Below are positions 28,256-35,616 of a stretch of DNA of 64,000 nt, piece after piece. The notes below the pieces were generated by a model that worked only from the letters and a program-made list of their open reading frames with translations, did no database searches and had not been told where the DNA came from. Origin of the DNA: an uncultured Gammaproteobacteria bacterium. Lineage in GTDB: Bacteria; Patescibacteriota; Microgenomatia; UBA8517. The stretch lies in the NCBI GenBank assembly GCA_964506225.1, contig CAZDKH010000010.1:23019-87018 (forward strand), in the 5' to 3' direction. How positions within the stretch are numbered: position 1 is the first letter of the stretch; every line of letters starts with the position of its first letter. Both the position numbers and the translations under genes were made by a program.

Positions 28256-30280
28256 ATGAGTGATGACTTTGAAATTATTAGAAAAATCAACCTTGAATCT
28301 AAAAAGAAGTCTGAGGCTTCAAATTTTGCTCCCAATTTGAAGGAGTTAGACACGAATGAAAAGCCTCAGTCCTTACCGGGTAAAAAAAATAAATCCAAAA
28401 AGCTCTTGAAATTTTTTTTGGGAGCCTTTTTTATCTTGGTTTTGGTCTTGATAATTTGTGTTTTGTTTATCGTCAGACCGCTTTTGAAGGTTTATGAAGA
28501 TGTAGAAAAATTGGCCAAAAACGCTAATGAGGTACAGGCAATTATGGATTCTCCGGATATTCAAAAAATCAAACAACAAGCCAAAATTATTCGGGAAAAC
28601 CTAGCCTCTCTTGAAAATTCTGTAAACTATTTTTCCTGGACCAAAAACTTACCAATTCTAGGTAGGTATTATTCTGACTTCCAGTCAGCTATTAGAGCCG
28701 GTTTTTACGGTCTTGATGCAGCAGATATTGCCATTTCCACAGTTGAGCCTTACGCCGACATAATTGGGCTTACGCCAAATAAGGACGGGGCAAAAAGTGG
28801 CGAAGAAACAGCCAATGACAGAATTGAATTTGTTATTCAGACACTTGAAGAGGTAATTCCTAAAATAGAGGAAATCTCATCAAAGGTGGTTAAAGTCCAA
28901 GAGGAAATTGACAAGATAGACCCCTCTTTTTATCCGGAAAAAATTAGAGACTTTAAAGTAAGGGAAAAGATAATCAAAATAGTCAGTCTTGTTGATGAGG
29001 GCGCAAAAATACTTTCAGACGCAAAGCCGCTTTTGCAAAAAGCTCCTTATCTTATTGGCTTGGACGCGCCACGCACATATCTTGTTCTTTTTCAAAATGA
29101 TAAGGAACTGCGCCCCACCGGAGGCTTTATTACAGCCTACTCAATTATGACAGTTGATAAGGGTAGGATGCGTCCCGTATCCTCAAACGACATTTATAAT
29201 TTGGACTCTCGCTATACGCCAGTTGTTCCAGCGCCTGAAGTTTTGCGCAAATACCTTAAGGGGCCGTATATCCTTTCAAAAAATTATCGTTTGAGAGATA
29301 TGAATTTTGCTGCCGACTTTAAAGAAAGTATGGCTCTTTTCACGAAAGAAGCAGAAAAGGTTGGTATTAGAGATATTGATGGAGTGATTGCTGTTGATAC
29401 AGAAGTGGTGGTGAGAATCTTGGAGGTTGTTGGCAAAATCGGTGTTCCGGGATTTGGAAATTTCAGCACAGAGATAATTCCTGAGTGTGATTGCCCTCAG
29501 GTTGTATATGAACTTGAGAGTTTTGCCGACATTGAAGGTCCGGTTGTTTGGAGTCAGGATGAGCCAGATAAGATTATCTACGCTCCTCCAAATTATGACA
29601 ATCGCAAAAAGATTGTGGGGCCACTCATGAACTCGGTTATTGCTAATGCTTTGGGACAGCCTAAGGAGAAAGTTCCGTCTCTAACCCGGGTCGCATGGGA
29701 CCTTCTTACCCAAAAACATGTTCTTTTGTATCTAAAAGATGAAGAAGCACAAAAAGCAGCTGAGGCTTTTAATATTGCCGGTAGAATTTCAGATTTTGAT
29801 GGAGACTATCTTCATATTAATGATGCCAATCTTGGAGGGAGGAAATCAAATCTTTATGTAACCCAAGAGGTCCATCAGGAAATTTTAGTTTCCCAAGACG
29901 GATCTATCGAAAAGACTCTTGAAATTACTTATAAGAACCCCAAAAGCTATGATGGCTGGTTAAACTCCGTTCTACCAAACTGGACTAGAATATACGTACC
30001 CAGGGGCTCTCAATTAATTTCAGTTACAGGTTTTGACCAGCAGGGTGAAGCCTATGAAGAATATGGTAAAACGGTGTTTTCGGGAGGATTTCAACTTCGT
30101 CCGGAAGGAGTAGTTAAAATTACCATAAGGTATAAACTTCCCTTTAAGGCCAATAAAAACTATAATCTGTTAATTCAAAAGCAGCCAGGTACCGCTTCCC
30201 CTCTTTACACCTTAAAAGCTGGCAAATTTGAAGACGAGTTTTTTCTTTGGACAGACAGAAAGATAAAGCTTTCTTTATAG
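28256..30280 (+). CDS. DUF4012-like membrane-anchored extracytoplasmic protein
   Basis: 674 aa with an N-terminal Lys-rich segment, one TM helix and a large ectodomain. 'FQNDKELRPTGGFITAYS' matches what I recall as the DUF4012 core. The assignment is from recall only. Confidence 0.6.
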   Translation: MSDDFEIIRKINLESKKKSEASNFAPNLKELDTNEKPQSLPGKKNKSKKLLKFFLGAFFILVLVLIICVLFIVRPLLKVYEDVEKLAKNANEVQAIMDSPDIQKIKQQAKIIRENLASLENSVNYFSWTKNLPILGRYYSDFQSAIRAGFYGLDAADIAISTVEPYADIIGLTPNKDGAKSGEETANDRIEFVIQTLEEVIPKIEEISSKVVKVQEEIDKIDPSFYPEKIRDFKVREKIIKIVSLVDEGAKILSDAKPLLQKAPYLIGLDAPRTYLVLFQNDKELRPTGGFITAYSIMTVDKGRMRPVSSNDIYNLDSRYTPVVPAPEVLRKYLKGPYILSKNYRLRDMNFAADFKESMALFTKEAEKVGIRDIDGVIAVDTEVVVRILEVVGKIGVPGFGNFSTEIIPECDCPQVVYELESFADIEGPVVWSQDEPDKIIYAPPNYDNRKKIVGPLMNSVIANALGQPKEKVPSLTRVAWDLLTQKHVLLYLKDEEAQKAAEAFNIAGRISDFDGDYLHINDANLGGRKSNLYVTQEVHQEILVSQDGSIEKTLEITYKNPKSYDGWLNSVLPNWTRIYVPRGSQLISVTGFDQQGEAYEEYGKTVFSGGFQLRPEGVVKITIRYKLPFKANKNYNLLIQKQPGTASPLYTLKAGKFEDEFFLWTDRKIKLSL

Positions 30281-30831
30281 TGCGCGCGAGAAATTATACG
30301 ACAGAGGCTATTGTTCTTGGTAGACGCGACTTTTCTGAAGCAGATAAAATCATAGTTGTTTTCAGTAAAAGTATTGGTAAACTTTTTTTAATTGCCAAGG
30401 GTGTAAAAAAACTAACCAGCAGGAAACGCGGTCATTTGGAAGTTTTTTCACACATTCGTTTCTCGGCAGCAAAGGGCAAAAATCTGGATATAATAACTGA
30501 AGTTGAAACAATTGAGAATTATTCTGATATCCGCCAAGACCTCAGAAAAGTTGCTGTTGCCTACTTCTTTGTTGAGACGGTGGCTAGATTGACACAAGAA
30601 GAAGAGCCTCATCCAAAGGTTTTTCAACTTCTTATTTCTTATTTAGATTTACTAAAAGAAGCTAAAAACCTGAAGAAATTAAGGGATGAATTTACTTTGG
30701 ACATTTTAGTTAATTTGGGTTTTTGGAGCCGCAGCAAACCTCTTTTAAATCCGGATTTATTTTTGGAAAGTGTTACAGAACGACAGATAAACTCAGTTAG
30801 AATTGGTAAAAAGCTACTCTCCAAAGTATAA
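30280..30831 (+). CDS. recO: DNA repair protein RecO
   Basis: 'TEAIVLGRRDFSEADKIIVVFSKSIGKLFLIAKGVKK' is the RecO OB-fold N-terminus. GTG 30280 overlaps the upstream TAG by 1 nt and is preferred over TTG 30247, which lies inside the upstream gene. Confidence 0.75.
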   Translation: MRARNYTTEAIVLGRRDFSEADKIIVVFSKSIGKLFLIAKGVKKLTSRKRGHLEVFSHIRFSAAKGKNLDIITEVETIENYSDIRQDLRKVAVAYFFVETVARLTQEEEPHPKVFQLLISYLDLLKEAKNLKKLRDEFTLDILVNLGFWSRSKPLLNPDLFLESVTERQINSVRIGKKLLSKV

Positions 30832-30832
30832 T
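30803..30832 (+). promoter_or_regulatory. Candidate promoter TTGGTA-18-TATAAT, 7 nt upstream of the glyQS ATG
   Basis: TTGGTA at 30803-30808 and an exact TATAAT at 30827-30832, which contains the recO TAA stop. ATG is at 30840. Confidence 0.4.
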
Positions 30833-30839
30833 AGGATTT

Positions 30840-32156
30840 ATGAGTTTAATGGATGAAATTGTCTCCTTGGCAAAGCGCAGGGGATTTATCTTTCAGGGGA
30901 GCGAGATTTATGGGGGGTTGGCTGGATTTTGGGATTATGGCCCCCTTGGGGTTGAGCTTAAAAAGAATATCAAAAATGAGTGGTGGAAATCTATGGTCTA
31001 TGAAAGAGAGGATGTGGTTGGAATAGATGCCGCGATTATCATGAATCCCAGAGTTTGGGAGGTTTCAGGGCATACAGAGTCTTTTTCCGACCCCCTGATA
31101 GAGTGTAAGCTTTGCCATAAACGCTTCAGACCCGATAAACCAGAAAGTGTCAAAGAGCACGAAGATCAACACTTAAAAAACAAGGAAAAGGTTTCTTGGA
31201 CTAAGCCCAAGAAATTTAATCTTTTAACAGAGGTTTTTCTGGGAACAACCGAGCCCAAACAAAAAGCTTATCTGCGGGGTGAGATTACCCAAGGAGTATT
31301 TGTGAATTTTAAAAATATTCTTGATTCAACACATATGCGTATTCCTTTTGGGGTTGCCCAGATAGGAAAGGCTTTCCGCAACGAAATCACCCCGGGAAAT
31401 TTTACCTTTAGAAGCAGAGAATTCGAGCAGATGGAGCTTGAATATTTTGTCAGGCCTGAAGAGAAGGAAGGCAAGAAAACTTTTGAATACTGGAAGAATG
31501 AGCGTATAAACTGGTATGTTAATCTGGGTATACGCCGAGAAAAGTTAAGACTCAGAGAACATACTCCAGAGGAAAGGGCTCATTACGCAAGAAGCGCTGA
31601 AGATATTCAGTATGAATCTCCTTTTGGTTGGGATGAGTTTGAAGGAATTCACCACAGAGGAGACTGGGATTTGGGACGTCATCAACTAAAATACAAGGAT
31701 CCTGACTCCGGTAAAGAATATACACCCTGGGTGATTGAGACATCCGGGGGGGTGGATAGAGCGGCTTTATTTTTCCTAATTGACGCCTATTGTAAGGATA
31801 ACGGCCGGGTTGTATTAAAACTAAATCCCCGTCTTGCTCCCTATAAACTGGCTGTTTTCCCACTTTTGGCAAACAAACCCAGTCTGGTTAACAAAGCAAG
31901 AAGCATATTTGAAAAATTGCGGGGGAAGTACCCTATCTCGTGGGATGACAGGGGAAATATTGGAAAAAGGTATTTTGCTCAGGATGAGATTGGTACCCCA
32001 TGGTGTTTGACTGTTGATTTTCAGACACTTAAGGATAATACTGTTACTTTAAGGGATAGAGACACGACCAAACAAGAAAGAGTTGACATCTCTAAATTGG
32101 AAGGCTGGCTTGAGAGTAAATACAAATGCCAGAAAAAGAAAGCAGACAAAGTTTAG
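30840..32156 (+). CDS. glyQS: Glycine--tRNA ligase (dimeric class II, GlyQS type)
   Basis: 'RRGFIFQGSEIYGGLAGFWDYGPLGVELKKNIKNEWW', 'FRNEITPGNFTFRSREFEQMELEYF' (motif 2) and 'GGVDRAALF' (motif 3 region). Confidence 0.95.
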   Translation: MSLMDEIVSLAKRRGFIFQGSEIYGGLAGFWDYGPLGVELKKNIKNEWWKSMVYEREDVVGIDAAIIMNPRVWEVSGHTESFSDPLIECKLCHKRFRPDKPESVKEHEDQHLKNKEKVSWTKPKKFNLLTEVFLGTTEPKQKAYLRGEITQGVFVNFKNILDSTHMRIPFGVAQIGKAFRNEITPGNFTFRSREFEQMELEYFVRPEEKEGKKTFEYWKNERINWYVNLGIRREKLRLREHTPEERAHYARSAEDIQYESPFGWDEFEGIHHRGDWDLGRHQLKYKDPDSGKEYTPWVIETSGGVDRAALFFLIDAYCKDNGRVVLKLNPRLAPYKLAVFPLLANKPSLVNKARSIFEKLRGKYPISWDDRGNIGKRYFAQDEIGTPWCLTVDFQTLKDNTVTLRDRDTTKQERVDISKLEGWLESKYKCQKKKADKV

Positions 32157-32389
32157 AAGAGAAAGACTGTGATGAGTTTAAGAAATGGGGGTTTTACGTT
32201 TACATTCAAGGTCATGAAACAGGAGGAGGACACATCACAATGAAATTCCATGCAATCGAAATAGATCCTAATACTTCTTTCCCATTTGATGGTATGGATT
32301 CGGGAACGCTTCATCTTGTTGCAGATAGTCTTGATGAATTAATAGAAAAGATAGATGATTTTCGTCGACGAAAACCCAAGAAAGGTTGA
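32126..32389 (+). CDS. Hypothetical small protein (start uncertain: 32126 or 32240)
   Basis: The ORF overlaps the end of glyQS by 31 nt. The internal ATG 32240 is preceded by GGAGGAGGA (32222-32230), the strongest SD-like element I saw in the window, and would give a 49-aa product. Confidence 0.35.
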   Translation: MPEKESRQSLEEKDCDEFKKWGFYVYIQGHETGGGHITMKFHAIEIDPNTSFPFDGMDSGTLHLVADSLDELIEKIDDFRRRKPKKG

Positions 32390-32414
32390 CAAAAGCCCCC
32401 GGAAATTTAAGAAT
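32386..32414 (+). promoter_or_regulatory. Candidate promoter TTGACA-17-AAGAAT
   Basis: TTGACA at 32386-32391 (overlapping the upstream stop), a 17-nt spacer, then AAGAAT at 32409-32414. ATG is at 32442. Confidence 0.3.
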
Positions 32415-32441
32415 AAATATAAATAAGCAATAGATTTTTCT

Positions 32442-33194
32442 ATGAAGAAATTATTTCCCATTTTTCTTCTCGGCGCAGGGGTAGTTTTTTTGATTGTTAC
32501 TTTTGTCGTCATCAGTGGAAAAGACAAAAATGGGCAGGGGGTTGAGATAGAAGAAAAGATAGCCGATATACCCCTTGAGCAAAGGCCATTTACAAGTCTA
32601 ACCCCAAGCGAAGATGGTCACTGGTTGAAATTAAGGATTGAGGAGCCACAAAAAGTAACTGGGGCCAAAAGCCTTGATTATGAAATTTTGTACAAAGTAG
32701 CAGACGGCAGGGTTCAGGGGGTTCCGGGTACAGTTTCTTTCAAGGGTGAAAAGATAATTGAGCGGGATATCCTATTGGGGTCTGAGTCCTCAGGTAAATT
32801 TCGCTACGACGAAGGAGTTAGAGAGGGAACTTTGACACTTCGCTTTAGAAACGAGAAAGGTAAGTTGGTTGGGAAGCTTTCAACTGATTTTCATTTGCAG
32901 GTTGAGGATGAAATCTTAACAAGTTTGGATAAGGAGTTTTCTTATAAACTTGATAAGGCAGTCAAGAAAGTGTTTTTTGTAACAATGAAAACTTTTGGCG
33001 TGCCGGGAAAATTTGAAGGCATTTTTTCAAAAGGTCCTTATGGGGTTTTTTCTTCCAGCAAGGGCAAAGTTGCCGGAAAAGTTGAAAAGATTGACAGCGT
33101 TTATTGGTGGAGTGGAAGTGAATGGAGGATGTTAGAAGAAGGTAATGCTTCTGATGTGGGGGTATTCGTAGGGACTTCTGATATAACAGAGTAA
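32442..33194 (+). CDS. Hypothetical membrane-anchored/secreted protein
   Basis: 250 aa with an N-terminal hydrophobic helix ('LFPIFLLGAGVVFLIVTFVVI') and a beta-rich-looking body. The C-terminal 14 aa are duplicated at 34067-34111. Confidence 0.55.
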   Translation: MKKLFPIFLLGAGVVFLIVTFVVISGKDKNGQGVEIEEKIADIPLEQRPFTSLTPSEDGHWLKLRIEEPQKVTGAKSLDYEILYKVADGRVQGVPGTVSFKGEKIIERDILLGSESSGKFRYDEGVREGTLTLRFRNEKGKLVGKLSTDFHLQVEDEILTSLDKEFSYKLDKAVKKVFFVTMKTFGVPGKFEGIFSKGPYGVFSSSKGKVAGKVEKIDSVYWWSGSEWRMLEEGNASDVGVFVGTSDITE

Positions 33195-33457
33195 TGGACC
33201 GAAAGAGTCTGGTGCGAAATTTGGTCAAGGAAAAGCCCTACCTTTCTTGGTATACAAAGGCAGATGACTTAAGTTACGAAAGTGTTTTGGAGAGTGTGCT
33301 AAACTACGGTAGCTGGGAAGATTATATTCATCTAGAGAAAATTTTAGGAATAGAAGAAGTAAGGGCGCTTTTTGAAAAGATAACTAGTAAAAAGAGAGTC
33401 AATCTAAGGCCGCAGACAGTGGAGTATTACAGAAAGTATTTCCAAAAATATACATGA
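33194..33457 (+). CDS. Small hypothetical protein, probable partner of the downstream AbiEii-like gene
   Basis: 87-aa ORF. Its ATG overlaps the upstream TAA (TAATG), and its stop sits beside the start region of the nucleotidyltransferase remnant. It resembles small proteins I recall finding upstream of AbiEii-type genes, but this is unverified. Confidence 0.45.
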   Translation: MDRKSLVRNLVKEKPYLSWYTKADDLSYESVLESVLNYGSWEDYIHLEKILGIEEVRALFEKITSKKRVNLRPQTVEYYRKYFQKYT

Positions 33458-34059
33458 GGAGATACTTACAAGGCAACAGAAAACACTTCTTCCTTTATTA
33501 AAGGAGTTCTCAAATGACTTTGGTTTGGTTGGTGGCACGGCCCTTGCTCTCCAGATTGGTCACAGAAGGTCTGTTGATTTTGGCCTTTTTACTCTTAGAA
33601 GTTTTGATATCGAGAGGATTAGAAATACTGTTAGACAAAAATTTGCTATTCAGGAAACGTTGGTTGAAAATCCCAATGAGCTTACGCTTGCTATTAACAA
33701 CGTCAAGCTTACATTTTACAAATATCCTTATACTATGGGTTTTCAAAAAGCTTAAACAAGGTTATTAAAATGCCTGATATTTTGACGCTTGCTGCGATGA
33801 AAGCTTTTGCTCTAGGAAGAAGGGTAAGTGGAAGGACTATGTAGATCTTTACTACGTTTTTAAAATCTATAGCCTAAAGGACATAGTGACGAAAGCAATA
33901 GGAATTTTCAAAGAAGAGTTTAATGAGAAGCTTTTGAGGGAACAACTTTCCTGTTTTACCGATATTGATTATTCAGAAAAGATTGACTATCTAAAGGGCT
34001 TTGAGGTAAGGGATGAAGAAATAAAAAGAAAATTGACCGAAATTAGCCTTTCAAGATAG
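33456..34059 (+). pseudogene. Decayed nucleotidyltransferase AbiEii/AbiGii toxin-family gene
   Basis: Three reading-frame pieces join into one family-like protein. Piece 1 is '..LTRQQKTLLPLLKEFSNDFGLVGGTALALQIGHRRSVDFGLFT...YKYPYTMGFQKA' followed by a stop. After a frame change, piece 2 is 'MPDILTLAAMKAFALGRR'. After another frame change, piece 3 is 'KWKDYVDLYYVFKIYSLKDIV...ISLSR' followed by a stop. There is no in-frame ATG at the 5' end. Confidence 0.65.
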
Positions 34060-34060
34060 C

Positions 34061-34111
34061 AGGTCTTCAGATGTGGGAGTGTTTGTTGGTATTTATAAGG
34101 GAAGTGAGTAA
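34061..34111 (+). pseudogene. Orphan duplicated 3' end of the 32442..33194 gene
   Basis: Reads RSSDVGVFVGIYKGSE followed by a stop, against ..NASDVGVFVGTSDITE and a stop at 33144-33194. The length to the stop is the same, and the SDVGVFVG core is 18/24 nt identical. Confidence 0.55.
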
Positions 34112-34132
34112 AGAAAAAATTAACCTTAAGTT

Positions 34133-35614
34133 TTATTGGAATTTTTTGCCTAGGTTAGATAATAGCGAGGCCGCAATGTCAACATCAGTGACCAGAGTTG
34201 TTCCGCTTTCGATTGCGGCTTGACGGATAAGTTTCCCATCGCTTATTTCTTTATCATCGCGTTTAGGATTTGTGGGAATATTTATAATAAGATCAAACAT
34301 ATTTTTTTGTAGAAGATCCCTTAGGTTTGGTTGTCCATTTTCGCTTATTTTATAAACTCTGGTTGAGGGTATTCCGTGCTTTTGTAAAAAGAGATTTGTG
34401 TTTTGGGTCGCGTAAAGAATATGGCTGTTACTTCTTAATTTTTTAAGGCTGGGTAAAAGTTTGGCCTTGTTTTCGTCTTTACCTATTGAAAGTAATATTG
34501 TTTTCTTGTGGTCAAGGATTGGTTGCATGCCGCGTTTGGCTACATCCCAATCTTTGGTTTGTCTATTCATTAAACAAAAAAGAGAGCATTGTCTAATATC
34601 ATCCATACCCAAGATAAACTGCATAACCCTTTCATTACCTATCCCATATCCTGCGTGAGGTAAGGTTTTTTGAGCCACTATAATATCTTCGGTATACCAC
34701 TGAAAATCTTCATATTTTCCACCACGTTGCTCGTGCATTTTATACATCTTAGATGTCAAAAACCTCACAATTAGTTTTACCCCATCGTGCTCGCGGACAG
34801 CAGAGCCGACTCCCTCTCCACTGAAAGGAAATATACAATCAGCCGAAAGAACCACCCTGGGGTCTTTCGTTGAGACTTTCATATTGAAGAATTTGATTTC
34901 TTTTGGATATTTCATAATAAAAACTGGAGAGAATTCTGCAGTGTTTTTTCCGTAACCTCTTGTTTTTTTGTTGAGAAGCTCAACTATCTTGGCTTCATGC
35001 TCGGATATTAAATCATCTCCAAATTGTAGTTCAGGCCAACCATTCTTTTGTAAAAGCAAGACAGCTTCTTCGTAGGAAATCCGCAAATATGGCCTTGCCA
35101 TAATCTCCTTAAGAAGAGCAGGATCTCTTTTGTAATCTGATTTGAGAATTTTACTATTGTTTTCTAGAACTGAATTTATCATCGCTTTTGTGGCTAGTTC
35201 AATATGGGCAAGAAGTGTTTCGAACATCTTTTCTTCGTCGTATGTATCTTTAGTCATCTTTGCCATTGTACAGTCAAACTCTTCCTCTGTTAATCTAAAT
35301 TGTCGAAGATGTCTTTTGTCCTCTGTCTCCTCATCGCGACCACTAAAAATTATCGTGTAGACACCGTGAGCGTATTGCAAAACTTGTTCGAGGGCAAGCT
35401 GACCTGTTTGAGTGAAGAAAAGAGGTAAATTAAGTCGGTTGCCTATTTTGAAAAGAGTGTCCACATTTTCGCAAGCTCCAGTTATACCAACAATTGCTGG
35501 TACTTCTGCGTATTGTAAACCAAGTGAACGATAATGGGCAATAGAGCCATAAAACATCGCAGAGCTGAAATTCACCAAGTTCTGAAAATGTTTATTATTA
35601 TCTTTGAGTGACAT
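34133..35614 (-). CDS. Class II aaRS-like catalytic core (AsnRS/AspRS/AsnA-type, no anticodon-binding domain) fused to a C-terminal MGS-like domain
   Basis: The motif-1-like sequence is 'YAEVPAIVGITGACENVDTLF'. The motif-2-like sequence is 'FSGRDEETEDKRHLRQFRLTEEEF', which aligns residue for residue with AsnRS '[21 protein letters not shown]'. The motif-3-like sequence is 'GYGIGNERVMQFILGMDDIRQCSLF'. The last ~120 aa ('KKTILLSIGKDENK..YATQNTNLFLQKHGIP..FDLIINIP..IRQAAIESGTTLVTDVDIA') resemble the MGS-like fold of the CPSase allosteric domain. Confidence 0.7.
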   Translation of the reverse strand: MSLKDNNKHFQNLVNFSSAMFYGSIAHYRSLGLQYAEVPAIVGITGACENVDTLFKIGNRLNLPLFFTQTGQLALEQVLQYAHGVYTIIFSGRDEETEDKRHLRQFRLTEEEFDCTMAKMTKDTYDEEKMFETLLAHIELATKAMINSVLENNSKILKSDYKRDPALLKEIMARPYLRISYEEAVLLLQKNGWPELQFGDDLISEHEAKIVELLNKKTRGYGKNTAEFSPVFIMKYPKEIKFFNMKVSTKDPRVVLSADCIFPFSGEGVGSAVREHDGVKLIVRFLTSKMYKMHEQRGGKYEDFQWYTEDIIVAQKTLPHAGYGIGNERVMQFILGMDDIRQCSLFCLMNRQTKDWDVAKRGMQPILDHKKTILLSIGKDENKAKLLPSLKKLRSNSHILYATQNTNLFLQKHGIPSTRVYKISENGQPNLRDLLQKNMFDLIINIPTNPKRDDKEISDGKLIRQAAIESGTTLVTDVDIAASLLSNLGKKFQ

Positions 35615-35616
35615 AT

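Noticed and set aside
30832-30839. A T-box leader upstream of glyQS, as found in Firmicutes.
   Set aside because: Only 8 nt separate the recO stop from the glyQS ATG, which leaves no room for any leader.
33510-33768. Three overlapping short ORFs from the ORF track (33514..33768 +, 33525..33755 +, 33510..33746 -).
   Set aside because: Only the 33525 frame carries family-like sequence ('GGTALALQIGHRRSVDFGLFT'), and it is one fragment of the frameshifted AbiEii-like pseudogene. The other two are frame artefacts.
34122-34137. A shared 12-mer, CTTAAGTTTTAT, occurs here and again at 61885-61896 downstream of the tRNA. I considered whether it is a repeated regulatory or terminator element.
   Set aside because: In a 64-kb AT-rich window, many chance 12-mer coincidences are expected. 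The flanking sequences do not extend the similarity.
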